A program made the position numbers and the translations under genes. A stretch of 64,000 nt of DNA, taken from positions 12,902 to 76,901 of the forward strand of contig PNNO01000003.1 in the NCBI GenBank assembly GCA_013824265.1, given 5' to 3'. Of this stretch, positions 19,301 through 28,821 are shown piece after piece. Source of the stretch: a bacterium. Its GTDB lineage: Bacteria; Patescibacteriota; Gracilibacteria; UBA1369; PNNO01. The stretch's first letter is position 1, and each line of letters opens with the position of its first letter. The notes beneath the pieces are model-generated. The model made no database searches, was not told the DNA's origin, and saw only the letters and a list, made by a program, of their open reading frames with translations.

Positions 19301-21890
19301 TGCTCCTGTAAGGCTCTTGAGTTGCAAGTCCGGTTGCTTCCAGTTTCTCAGCCTGCAATCCCATTGTTTCAATATTTCTTGTTTCAACATATCCCATCTG
19401 GATCATACTTATATATGCCTTTGAAAGTTTTGATGTATCCAGATTTTTAAGTTCTATTTTCTTGAATATTATTTCAAGGTTCTCAAGTTTGTTTTTATTT
19501 AGTGGTCTTTTTAACTCGCTTTTAACGCTTAAGATATTGAAATCTTTTAAAATTTTATCCGTAACGCTTTCAACTGCTTTTTCAGATTCAGATTTAACAT
19601 TCAACTTGAATGCATAATTTAAACCTTGATAAAGATAAGTGTTTGCAAGTGTTAAAACTTTGGCTTCTTTTGGTTCATATATTCCTGTTTCTCCGTGTCT
19701 TTCTGAAGTCTTTTTAATCATATCAAGGTATCCTCTGTCTGAGGCCAGATATTTTTCGAATTCCTTAGGATTTAGCGTTGAGGACTCTTTAAGGTATGCC
19801 ATTGTTACCTTCTTTTCTTTTTCATTAAAGAGACTTCTCCACCAGTTGAGATTTTGTGAGACTTTTGACCCTTTTGGATTGAATATTTTTAATATAAAGT
19901 TTCTTGAGCGAACTCCTTCACTTACAGCTGCTCTTACCGTTTCCCATTTATTGTAGTTTTCTTTTGATTTATCTCTTAATTTAGCTTTGTTTTTTGCTAA
20001 AACTTTAAAGGCTTCTTCCCAGCCGTCTTGAGGTACTTTTACCAATACGTATTTATTTTCATTCACTCTCTTTACACAACCTCTTTTTATTAACTCGTCC
20101 AAACCAAAGGTCATAAACAAAAGTTTTAGTCCTCCGTCTTCTTTTACAAGATCTGGAACATTTAATCCTTTTATTTCGTATCCGTTTTTAAGAGCCAACG
20201 CCTGTATTTCGTTAATATTTTTATTTGTTACTCCAACATAAAAATTTCTCGGAGCATTTTCCTTTGAATGCAACAAGGCCCCTAAACTCTGATCGCCATA
20301 AGCCGAATAAGAAATTGTCTCTGTCATACCTGCTTTTTCGGCTTCCGGAGTTTCCTTGGTTAATACAGTTTGTCTTTCCAATCCTAAAAATTTTGTCCTG
20401 TATTTGTCTGAATTTGTTTCCGGTTTCTTTTCCAATAACTTTAGATTTTTAAGTGCTTCAAAAACTTTTGCAATTCCAATTGCCAACTGTTCAAGGCTGG
20501 CTTCGTTTTGGCCATTCTTTTTATAATCTTCTTTGAATTTTTCGTATCCTCCTTTATATAGGGGTTGTCCGTTCACCGGTATTTTGAAAAAGTCTTCGGC
20601 ATTTAAATTTTTATTACTCCATTCTTGTATTGAATTCTGTACATATACTCTTCTTTCTTCTGTTGTTTTTAGATTAAACGGAGCTCTTGTAAGAACTTCT
20701 TCGAGCCCTTGATCTATTCTGTCCCAGTTTGCTTCAAAATCACTGTCTTCTCTAAGTATTCCCGGAACTTTAAAATCTTGGTTTTTAAATACATAATTTT
20801 TGTTTTTTTCCAAAACAGTTAGTTCATTTTCTCTTATTTTTTGCTCTCTTATTGCTTCCAACTTTTTGGTTTCTTCTTGAGATACAGTTTGTGCTTTAGC
20901 TTTTTCCTCTTGCGGAAGCTGTTCTCTTTCTTTTGGCTTATAAGCTTCGTAAGTAATCTGGCTTATTTTTGTGCCATGGAAGATAAGTGCTCTTTGAGTT
21001 GTTCCTTCTCTTATAAAAGTCTTCTGTGAAGGATGGTAGTACGCCCAGTATTTGTGAGGTACTCCGGATTGGCTCTTCCCGTCTAAGTAAACTCTTATAT
21101 ACATGTTCCCGCCTTTAAGTCTGCTTAAATCAAGCAGGTCCTGTATTTGCACGTCATGCTCAGCTTTTCTGTCGACTTTTCCTTTTTGGTCGATAAAATT
21201 CACTTTGTAAACTCCGTTTTCATCAGTTTCTTTTAAATATTGGTCTCCTTTTTCGGAAATAAGTTGATTTACAAAATTTCCTGAATCAAGATGCTTTTCT
21301 ATTTCTTTACTGAATTCTTGTTTTTTTTCGTTCGCTTTTTCCGTCTCTTTTGCTTTTGCTTCTTCTAACTCTTTCTTTTTTGCTTCGACTTCTTTTAATC
21401 TTGGTGCTTCTGTTAACATGTTAAATTCAAGGAAACTTTGTTTATTTCCCTTTGCGTAAAATGACAACGAGCTGTTTGGTCCAAGCTGTATTGTTACAGG
21501 GATATTATTGTTTATAACCTCTGAATTTTTTTCTATTAACTCAGCTATATCAAGCGCAAGTTCTTTGCCAAAGTTTCCGGCATTTGCTCCAAAAACAGAC
21601 CCTGCAGAATTCCTCAACGGGTGTTTTTCTCTCAAGGAATTAAAAATTCTTGTTCCGGCACTAACTAAATTGTGTTTTTCAAATTTATCCGTGAATTCAA
21701 CTCTAACTTTTGTTTCTGGGCCTATAATTTTGGCATAATTCTCTTTGTATTTTTCAATTTCATTTTTTTCAGGTTGTTTCTGTTTTTGTTTTTCCGCGGG
21801 TTTCTCCGCAGCCGAAGCCGTGGTTTCACTCGGTTTTTCATTCATAAAAACAAGCCTGGATTCGCATATAAACAATTTTTTGAAAAACAT
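16389..21890 (-). CDS. Giant hypothetical protein (~1833 aa) with Gly-rich amphipathic beta-strand segment; start re-assigned to ATG 21890
   Basis: Uninterrupted 5.5-kb ORF. The predicted promoter overlaps the track's TTG start at 21932, which favours MFFKKLFICESRLVF as the N-terminus. Confidence 0.85.
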   Translation of the reverse strand: MFFKKLFICESRLVFMNEKPSETTASAAEKPAEKQKQKQPEKNEIEKYKENYAKIIGPETKVRVEFTDKFEKHNLVSAGTRIFNSLREKHPLRNSAGSVFGANAGNFGKELALDIAELIEKNSEVINNNIPVTIQLGPNSSLSFYAKGNKQSFLEFNMLTEAPRLKEVEAKKKELEEAKAKETEKANEKKQEFSKEIEKHLDSGNFVNQLISEKGDQYLKETDENGVYKVNFIDQKGKVDRKAEHDVQIQDLLDLSRLKGGNMYIRVYLDGKSQSGVPHKYWAYYHPSQKTFIREGTTQRALIFHGTKISQITYEAYKPKEREQLPQEEKAKAQTVSQEETKKLEAIREQKIRENELTVLEKNKNYVFKNQDFKVPGILREDSDFEANWDRIDQGLEEVLTRAPFNLKTTEERRVYVQNSIQEWSNKNLNAEDFFKIPVNGQPLYKGGYEKFKEDYKKNGQNEASLEQLAIGIAKVFEALKNLKLLEKKPETNSDKYRTKFLGLERQTVLTKETPEAEKAGMTETISYSAYGDQSLGALLHSKENAPRNFYVGVTNKNINEIQALALKNGYEIKGLNVPDLVKEDGGLKLLFMTFGLDELIKRGCVKRVNENKYVLVKVPQDGWEEAFKVLAKNKAKLRDKSKENYNKWETVRAAVSEGVRSRNFILKIFNPKGSKVSQNLNWWRSLFNEKEKKVTMAYLKESSTLNPKEFEKYLASDRGYLDMIKKTSERHGETGIYEPKEAKVLTLANTYLYQGLNYAFKLNVKSESEKAVESVTDKILKDFNILSVKSELKRPLNKNKLENLEIIFKKIELKNLDTSKLSKAYISMIQMGYVETRNIETMGLQAEKLEATGLATQEPYRSIQEEALKNGLPEEKLADLEKKIAITLFALANGETPPGMKIAAGGLGASVLIGNFKGKKMYLHFGLAGVKNGEKIPLTAFAGVSGDIGKLGGFKLKYNIGASPDFAGAALTMEHKFAGNWDWVANAGAGVSVTDFENFGIGASIGVKWDQLRAEKQAKNKELSSKGLGQIEESLKNGNYDEAVKFILENPTFGDYMKFIKNTYPTFPNSVLIEMYQAAKNQWAEKAKEGVKIPFVQGAGVGIGISKAGIGIGPYVTIKIPGTEVIFVVRSEHPKYSGYWQTEIAQESLRRKLRKATGTEPFVSGYTMTAQSGNLFFDSERGGANVEVAGIGELVKRQEGNIKGTFEAVKSKFNKMDMHVEIVPDPSNSNNTLLAITPLNTDGSNVQVLMDPEMQKKGIILDHKNNRILLAASEAKKLFFTRSEYRYPFAEKGAMNLEVITFKNNPDRTDEQIREDSAQIIYKPMGSRYMVVKGEARTGLSEAESNTLTIEEYNTRGNTFENFKDKKFEYNLNESTDLTSKMWETLKPKEAAPIRSDLVKQTSKSYLSKNESFERKIAEANTPAKEAALKVEVFRNLKTIDPSLNDQELNLIYNYMLNEVFIELRDKNKNVINQRLERRNELFRAYIKNYISDYAKNNPAQWAEIVKTYPSATPDSIANYLMLTMPQNKEQLDEFSKPENGVAVGRGLKFASYTKKNGKDTLAASYGTEVPEDFKDIFKMVGPKRLRLDSASPVERAAARIIFETMSPLETKNLDSIEGKKKFLESELSLLLISMFVKYDGKMISPLIEILGKENYKGMTEIYAALKRGGEALELTLSKPENEKAFKDFKELVTGIRNAQLEGKPSYIYNKKYEFTLDETEVYSGAYLKCGNGTIATRQKIGIKLIAGKEENVDWSSAKEEANILVNSKGAKTDLDITLALGVFRGRRKKEEVPDRHKPIKGEVLNRHTQGTTGQESQNSTPPVSEGPDNSI

Positions 21891-21922
21891 ATTTTTGTGT
21901 TTAGTTTTATTTTTATCCATGT

Positions 21923-21951
21923 ATTTTATCAAAAAATGGTTCCAAAGTCAA
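21923..21951 (-). promoter_or_regulatory. Sigma70-type promoter TTGACT-17-TAAAAT with TGn extension
   Basis: Minus strand TTGACT ttggaaccattttttga TAAAAT. Confidence 0.65.
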
Positions 21952-21995
21952 AGGCTATGCAAGGAATATCCACAATAAATGTTCTTGTTTTTTGA

Positions 21996-22700
<705 letters not shown>

Positions 22701-22736
22701 TCCTATAATTTTATTACTTCTAATCAATTTTTACTC

Positions 22737-23312
22737 ATGAAAATACAACTATCAAGCCAGTCCATGACGTTGGGAGACAGTCAGAAACAGTACATTGAAG
22801 AGAAGATTGATAATTTGAAGAAATATGAAGAGCGCATTGCCGATGAGGCTACCGTGGTTCATGTTGATATTGAGAAAACAAAAGTAAAATCAGGTGATGA
22901 GAAAATCTCGACTCAAATAACAATGCATGTTCCAAACGCGGTTATAAGAGCTGAAGTAAAAGGATCTACGGTTGAAGAAACCGCCGATCTTGCAGTTGAA
23001 AAGCTAAAGAAACAAATCGAAAGATATAAGACTAAAAAACATAGAAGAGACAGAGGGGGACAGTGGATTCCGGAATCAACCCTTGAGGCTGCTTCGGACA
23101 ATATGAATGGAATTGATATTGACGAGATAGTTAAGAGAAAAAAATATGCGGATCTTGAACCTATGAAGGAGCAAGAGGCTGCTGAGCAGATGGAGCTTTT
23201 GGGACATGATTTCTATGCTTTTATCAATGAAGACACCGGTCTTTTCTCCGTTGTTTACAGAAGACAAACCGGCGATTATGGTCTTATAGAGCTTGAAAAA
23301 AAGAATTACTAA
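22737..23312 (+). CDS. hpf: Ribosome hibernation promoting factor, long form
   Basis: N-terminal S30AE/RaiA domain plus C-terminal PM...EA.EQMELLGHDF..F......VVYRR..GDYGLIE. Confidence 0.93.
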   Translation: MKIQLSSQSMTLGDSQKQYIEEKIDNLKKYEERIADEATVVHVDIEKTKVKSGDEKISTQITMHVPNAVIRAEVKGSTVEETADLAVEKLKKQIERYKTKKHRRDRGGQWIPESTLEAASDNMNGIDIDEIVKRKKYADLEPMKEQEAAEQMELLGHDFYAFINEDTGLFSVVYRRQTGDYGLIELEKKNY

Positions 23313-23328
23313 TAAATAAAAATTTAGA

Positions 23329-24735
23329 ATGATTGAATATATCGCGCTTTTTGCGACCTATACCGCTTGGGCTGCGCTCGTTTATAAGTCCACAAGAATT
23401 TCGATTCTTATTTTGCCGCTTCTTTTCCCACTATATCTAATTAGATTTGATATAGCCGGTATGCCGCTTTATTTTGTTGAGGGGCTTATAGTTATATCCG
23501 CCATACCTGTTTTTTATAAACTTTTAAGAGGGGATCACGAGATATTGGAAAAAAATACTGTCTCAAAAATTCTATATCTGGCAAAAAGTCCGTTTTTGGC
23601 TAAAAGAGGGCCTTTTGTTGACTTTGCAAAGTCTCCGTTTTTGCCGATTACTTTGTTTGTTTTGGGCTCGCTTATAGGCGCTGCAATAGTTCCGAACGAA
23701 TCTTATCAGCATGCTCTTGGAATTCTAAAAAGCTGGGTTATTATCCCGCTTATTTACTTCTTTATTTTATATAGAACGATAAAGACAAAAGAGGATTTGC
23801 AGTTTGTTCTATATTCGTATGTTGCTTCGGCGTTTTTTATGTCTTTGATGGCTCTTTTTCAGGCTGTGTCCGGCCATTATATAACAATTGATTCAAGGGC
23901 TTCCGGTCCTTTTGAGTCGGCGAATTATCTTGCCATGTATATTGCTCCCGCCCTTGTTTTTGCAGGGGTAAGAGTTTTGCAGACATTTATTCACGGTCCG
24001 GCGGAATCGGCGGCTGTTAGGATAAACTCTTTTGAAAGACGTATATATTTAAGCGGAATGGTTTCAATAATCTTTGTTGCTCTTATACTTACACAGTCTT
24101 ATGGCGGTGTTTTGGGTGTTTTTGCTACAATCTTCTTCTATATAATTTACGAAAAATTTAAAGTTAAGGATAAAAGGAGTAGTTTATTTCTTACAAAGCT
24201 TATAGCATTTGTATGCGTTGTTGTTGTTCTTGGAACTGTGCTTGTCGCTGCCCTTAATGTCGAGAAATTTCAAAATTTGGTTAAATTTAACGAACATACT
24301 TCCATTGGAACAAGGCTTGAAATCTGGGAAGTTGGGGCAAAACTTGTAATACAAAGTCCTCTTCTTGGCGCAGGGTTGGGGGAATATGAAAATGCGTATA
24401 CCCAAAGGGCCACGGAGCTGCTTGGACATGCACCTTATGAGCCCATTCGTCTTCATTCTCATAACCTTTATATGGAAACTTGGATTAATGCCGGAATAAT
24501 TGGTATTACGGCGTTTCTGTGGATTGTTGTTTTGGCCTTTGTGCACGCAAAAAAAACCGCAATTCTGCTGTCTGCCGAGTCACGTCAAATTATGGTGGCG
24601 GCATCAATGATGCTTGTATATATTCTTCTTCATGGATTTATTGATATCCCTTTTTGGAAGAATGATTTGGCTCTCTTATTTTGGATGATTATGGCAGTCT
24701 TATTTTCTTTCCCGGTGAGTTCAAAACGCGCATAA
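23329..24735 (+). CDS. O-antigen ligase / Wzy_C family membrane protein
   Basis: RASGPFESANYLA, LTQSYGG, RLEIW...PLLGAGLG, HSHNLY, HGFID. Confidence 0.85.
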   Translation: MIEYIALFATYTAWAALVYKSTRISILILPLLFPLYLIRFDIAGMPLYFVEGLIVISAIPVFYKLLRGDHEILEKNTVSKILYLAKSPFLAKRGPFVDFAKSPFLPITLFVLGSLIGAAIVPNESYQHALGILKSWVIIPLIYFFILYRTIKTKEDLQFVLYSYVASAFFMSLMALFQAVSGHYITIDSRASGPFESANYLAMYIAPALVFAGVRVLQTFIHGPAESAAVRINSFERRIYLSGMVSIIFVALILTQSYGGVLGVFATIFFYIIYEKFKVKDKRSSLFLTKLIAFVCVVVVLGTVLVAALNVEKFQNLVKFNEHTSIGTRLEIWEVGAKLVIQSPLLGAGLGEYENAYTQRATELLGHAPYEPIRLHSHNLYMETWINAGIIGITAFLWIVVLAFVHAKKTAILLSAESRQIMVAASMMLVYILLHGFIDIPFWKNDLALLFWMIMAVLFSFPVSSKRA

Positions 24736-24958
24736 TTGCATCGTTTACGTAAAAATTTGTTATTTCTATTGAATGGTTTTTGGCGGTTTCTCTAATTATA
24801 AGACTCAAAACCTTTTTTGCGATATCTCTTTTGCTAATTTGTCCATCTCCAAGATGTTCAGATTTAACTTCCTCTTCTAAAGCATCAATAATCCCCTTAT
24901 TTAATTGTTCTACGTTTTCAAAGGTTCTCTTTTCGGAGCTAGGTTGTGTATCAGACAT
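24689..24958 (-). CDS. Small hypothetical protein (89 aa)
   Basis: ATG-started ORF filling the gap, with a near-consensus promoter directly upstream; overlaps the convergent gene by 47 nt. Confidence 0.6.
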   Translation of the reverse strand: MSDTQPSSEKRTFENVEQLNKGIIDALEEEVKSEHLGDGQISKRDIAKKVLSLIIRETAKNHSIEITNFYVNDAIMRVLNSPGKKIRLP

Positions 24959-24989
24959 ATGTTAGTATTTAAATGTTAAACAATGTTTC

Positions 24990-25018
24990 ATTGTAACATA
25001 ATTTTACGGTTATGTCAA
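24990..25018 (-). promoter_or_regulatory. Sigma70 promoter TTGACA-17-TACAAT with TGn extension
   Basis: Minus strand TTGACA taaccgtaaaattatgt TACAAT; the -35 overlaps the start of the divergent riboflavin kinase gene. Confidence 0.65.
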
Positions 25019-25404
25019 AAAGCGTAGAGGTGTTTAAAGGGGTTGTTGTGAAGGGAATTCAGAAAGGTTCGGAAATCGGTTTTCCTACAATTAATGTCCA
25101 AGTTTCAAATGCTCCGAAAAACGTAGTATTTGGTATATATGTTTGTTTAATAGAGATAAAAGGAGCTTCATATAATGCTGTAATGCACTATGGAACCAAG
25201 TCCATAGGAACTGACGATAAATGGAAGGTTTTCTGCGAGGTGCATGTTTTTGATTTTAATAAGGATGTATACGGACTGGAAGTTTCCGTTAATCTATTGA
25301 AAAAAATCCGTGATGTGAGACAATTCGAAAGTGATGAAGATTTGATAAAACAAATCAAAAAGGACATTTTTATAGCCAATAAATATTTCAAAGAAAATGC
25401 TTAG
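25012..25404 (+). CDS. Monofunctional riboflavin kinase (RibF C-terminal domain only)
   Basis: G.VVKG...G..IGFPTIN, GIY, EVHVFDF..DVYG, IRDVRQF....L..QI..D. Confidence 0.9.
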   Translation: MSKSVEVFKGVVVKGIQKGSEIGFPTINVQVSNAPKNVVFGIYVCLIEIKGASYNAVMHYGTKSIGTDDKWKVFCEVHVFDFNKDVYGLEVSVNLLKKIRDVRQFESDEDLIKQIKKDIFIANKYFKENA

Positions 25405-26746
25405 TAACCTAAAGAATCTTATTTCAGACACAAATCCTCTTAGGCTTTTTTATCATCAGATTAAGGCGGCTATTGCGGCTGTGATGTACGGATTTCCGGC
25501 CAGAAGCATGAATGTGATTGGTGTTACAGGAACAAATGGAAAAACAACTACAGTAAATCTTATAACTATGGTTTTGGAGGAGGCGGGTTATAAGGTTGGA
25601 ATGGCATCAACTATAAATTTTCAGGTTGGGCCCGATAAATGGACCAATATTTCAAAGCAGACAACAATGAGCCCCTTTGCTCTTCAGAAGCTTCTTAGAA
25701 GAATGGTTAGGGAGCAGTGCACTCATTGTGTTTTGGAAGTTTCGTCTCATTCAATAACTCAGTCTCGCGTTCTTGGTATTAATTTTGATACTGCTGTTTT
25801 TACAAATGTAACTGAAGATCATATTGAGTATCATGGAAGCTTCCAGCTTTATTTGCAGGCTAAAGGCAGTCTTTTTCAGAGACTTAACAAGTCAAAAAGA
25901 AAGCCGGGAATTCCTAAAGTGTCCGTGTTGAATCTTGATGATCCAAATTATTCTTATTTTGATCAGTTTATTGTTGATAGGAAATATACTTACGGAATAA
26001 AAAAAGGAACTTGTTATGCAAGTGATATAAAACTTCATTCAAGCGGTTCCACTTTTAATCTTCATATCCCAAATCATCAACTTGAAATTAATTTAAAGCT
26101 TTCGGGCGAATTCAATATTTACAACAGTCTTGCAGCTACAACGGTTGCTTTGGCGAATAACATAAATCTAACTTTTGTTAAAAGAGCTTTGGAGAAGGCC
26201 GAGGGGGTTCCGGGAAGACTTGAATCTCTTGAGCTTGGGCAACCTTATGGAATAATCGTTGATTATGCTCACTCGTCCGATTCGTTGGAAAAACTTTTAC
26301 AGCTTTATAGAAAACTAACTCCAGGAAAACTTTTTATTGTTTTTGGGGCTACCGGCGGAGGCAGGGATAAATCAAAAAGGCCTAATATGGGAGCGCTTGC
26401 AGATGAATATGCGGATATGATAATTCTTACAAACGATGATCCTTATTATGAAGACGAATGGCAGATTATAGAAGGAGTTGCTTCAGGAATAAGAAGAAAA
26501 GAAGGTGATAGATTTTGGAAAATTCCTCACAGATATGAGGCAATAAGATTGGCGCTTACAATGGCTAAGAAAGGGGATACCGTTGTAATTGCGGGTAAGG
26601 GTTGTGAAGAGGTCCAAATAATAGGAGGAGAAAAAATTCCTTGGGACGACAGAAAAGTTGTTCGCGAACTTTTAAGCCGGGAAGTTGTTGTGGAGATAGA
26701 ACCGGGCAAAACAGTTGCAAAAGAAAATGTATGTCTTGAAGGTTAG
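25397..26746 (+). CDS. murE: UDP-N-acetylmuramyl-tripeptide synthetase (MurE-like) lacking the N-terminal domain
   Basis: GVTGTNGKTTT, LEVSSH, DHIEYHG, PGRLE, VDYAH, AGKG. Confidence 0.88.
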   Translation: MLSNLKNLISDTNPLRLFYHQIKAAIAAVMYGFPARSMNVIGVTGTNGKTTTVNLITMVLEEAGYKVGMASTINFQVGPDKWTNISKQTTMSPFALQKLLRRMVREQCTHCVLEVSSHSITQSRVLGINFDTAVFTNVTEDHIEYHGSFQLYLQAKGSLFQRLNKSKRKPGIPKVSVLNLDDPNYSYFDQFIVDRKYTYGIKKGTCYASDIKLHSSGSTFNLHIPNHQLEINLKLSGEFNIYNSLAATTVALANNINLTFVKRALEKAEGVPGRLESLELGQPYGIIVDYAHSSDSLEKLLQLYRKLTPGKLFIVFGATGGGRDKSKRPNMGALADEYADMIILTNDDPYYEDEWQIIEGVASGIRRKEGDRFWKIPHRYEAIRLALTMAKKGDTVVIAGKGCEEVQIIGGEKIPWDDRKVVRELLSREVVVEIEPGKTVAKENVCLEG

Positions 26747-26748
26747 TT

Positions 26749-27615
26749 ATGGACGGATTTTTAAACATTTATAAGCCAAAAGGGATAACATCGTTCGATG
26801 TGATTCGTTTTTTGCGCAGGAAATCCGGGATTAAAAAAATGGGACATATAGGGACTCTTGACCCTGCGGCCGAAGGAGTTCTTGTTGTAGCAATCGGGCA
26901 GGCAACAAAACTTATAGAGTTTATGATGGATCATGATAAAAAATATATGGCTGAAGTTTTGCTTGGGAAAAAGTCCACTACGTATGATAGTGAAGGTGAA
27001 ATTACCGAGTTGAGTAGTCAAAAACCTACCGAGAAAGAAATTTTAAAAGTTTTAAAGTCTTTTCTTGGAAAAATAGAGCAAGTTCCGCCTGTTTATTCGG
27101 CCATAAAAATTTCAGGTAAGAGGGCTTACAATCTTGCCAGAGCAGGAGAAAAAATTGAGATGAAAAAAAGGAATGTGGTCATTCATTCGATTGAAATGAA
27201 TGATTATAATTATCCGATTGTTGTTCTTTTAATTCATTGCGGAGCGGGAACTTATATCCGTTCAATCGCCAATGATCTTGGTGAAAAACTTGGGGTTGGG
27301 GGTTATCTCAATTCACTTAAAAGAACTGCGGTGGATAATTTTATAGTCGATGAAAGTTGCGATATGGATGAAATTGAAAAAAACGGTATTGAAAAATATA
27401 TTATTCCGATTGAAAGGGGTGTTTCCGAAATTTCAAAAATTTACATAACGCAGCAAGAATATACCGAGCTTCAGAACGGAAGGTTTGTTAAGAAAGAAAT
27501 GCCAAAAGGGGTTGCTATTTGTGCCGCAATTTTTAACAATACTCTTGTTGGAATTGTAGAAGAGACAAAAGACGGACAGTTTATAAAATTTAAGAAACAA
27601 ATCCATTTAAACTAA
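26749..27615 (+). CDS. truB: tRNA pseudouridine(55) synthase
   Basis: GHIGTLDP, QVPPVYSAIKISG, GTYIRS. Confidence 0.96.
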   Translation: MDGFLNIYKPKGITSFDVIRFLRRKSGIKKMGHIGTLDPAAEGVLVVAIGQATKLIEFMMDHDKKYMAEVLLGKKSTTYDSEGEITELSSQKPTEKEILKVLKSFLGKIEQVPPVYSAIKISGKRAYNLARAGEKIEMKKRNVVIHSIEMNDYNYPIVVLLIHCGAGTYIRSIANDLGEKLGVGGYLNSLKRTAVDNFIVDESCDMDEIEKNGIEKYIIPIERGVSEISKIYITQQEYTELQNGRFVKKEMPKGVAICAAIFNNTLVGIVEETKDGQFIKFKKQIHLN

Positions 27616-27627
27616 AGCTAAAAACGT

Positions 27628-28686
27628 ATGACAGAGTTTATTATTCCGGCCATATTCGCATTTGTTTCAACAATATTGCTTGTTTTGTTTGCACTTAAAT
27701 TCTTTCCTAAGTTTGGACTTATGGATAGGCCCAAGAAGTACGGGCTTAAAAGAAAACCAATACCTTATTATGGCGGACTTGTTATTGTGGCCGTTTTTAC
27801 ATTGTCGACAATTATTTTTGTTCCACTGGATATACATGTAATAGGTCTGTTGATCGGAGCTTTGATGATGGCTACTGTAAGTTTTCTTGATGATCTTTTG
27901 GATGTGAGTCCGTGGATAAGGCTTCTTGTCCAGTTCCTTGCAGCTTTAACAATTGTTATATCCGGTATTGGTATAAGTTCGATTTCAAATCCGCTGGGAG
28001 GTGATCTTATTCTTGATCAAATAAATTTTGAATTTCCTCTTGGGAGTACAATGATTCAAATTACGCTATTGGCAGATCTTTTTACCATAATTTGGATTAT
28101 ACTTATAGTTAACACAATGAATTTCCTGGATGGTCTTAACGGACTTGTAAGCGGAGTTGCATTTATAGCCTCAATTACATTTTTTGTTTTAAGTGTTGGG
28201 GAATATAACCTTATAGATCAGACCTCGATGGCTACGCTTGCCATTGTTTTGGCATCCAGCGCGCTTGCATTTTGGCTTTTTGATTTCCATCCTGCCAAAA
28301 TATTAATGGGGGACACGGGAAGTATGTTTATTGGCTTTTTGATAGCTGTTTTTGCCATATATTCCGGAGGGAAAGTTGCTACCGCCTTTCTTGTACTTGG
28401 ATTTCCGATATTGGACGCATTTTGGGTTATTACAAGAAGAATAGTTCAGGGAAAATCTCCGATGAAAGGGGATTTAAAGCATCTTCACCACAGGCTTATA
28501 GAAGTTGGACTTACCGAAAGGAAGGCTTTATTGCTTATTTATGGGCTTTGCGCGTTTTTTGGAGGGAGTGCGATTTTCCTTGGTACAACACAAAAATTAT
28601 TCCTTATGATAGCTATGGGGATTTTAATGCTTATAATGGCCACCATGATTGTATTTTACGGTCTTAAAAGATTGAAAAAGCTTTAA
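27628..28686 (+). CDS. Undecaprenyl-phosphate GlcNAc-1-P transferase (WecA/TagO, glycosyltransferase family 4)
   Basis: P.YGG, FLDD, NTMNFLDGLNGL, MGDTGS, HLHH. Confidence 0.9.
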   Translation: MTEFIIPAIFAFVSTILLVLFALKFFPKFGLMDRPKKYGLKRKPIPYYGGLVIVAVFTLSTIIFVPLDIHVIGLLIGALMMATVSFLDDLLDVSPWIRLLVQFLAALTIVISGIGISSISNPLGGDLILDQINFEFPLGSTMIQITLLADLFTIIWIILIVNTMNFLDGLNGLVSGVAFIASITFFVLSVGEYNLIDQTSMATLAIVLASSALAFWLFDFHPAKILMGDTGSMFIGFLIAVFAIYSGGKVATAFLVLGFPILDAFWVITRRIVQGKSPMKGDLKHLHHRLIEVGLTERKALLLIYGLCAFFGGSAIFLGTTQKLFLMIAMGILMLIMATMIVFYGLKRLKKL

Positions 28687-28690
28687 AGGA

Positions 28691-28752
28691 GTTCGCATTC
28701 GCTCACGCTAGCGAGCGCTTACGCTCGCAATGAGATTCACTGCGTTCATCTC
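28691..28752. repeat. GC-rich cluster of three small hairpins (REP-like element)
   Basis: GCGAGCG-CTTA-CGCTCGC perfect stem (28711-28728), flanked by GTTCGCATTCGCTCAC and GAGATTCACTGCGTTCATCTC. Confidence 0.55.
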
Positions 28753-28755
28753 TGG

Positions 28756-28784
28756 TTGCTTTATTTCCAGAAGCTATTTAGAAT
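28756..28784 (+). promoter_or_regulatory. Sigma70-type promoter TTGCTT-17-TAGAAT upstream of dnaG
   Basis: Spacing and sequence match; 37 nt before the GTG start. Confidence 0.5.
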
Positions 28785-28821
28785 AAAACCCCAATTTAGT
28801 ATTACGTAAATATTTATTCTA

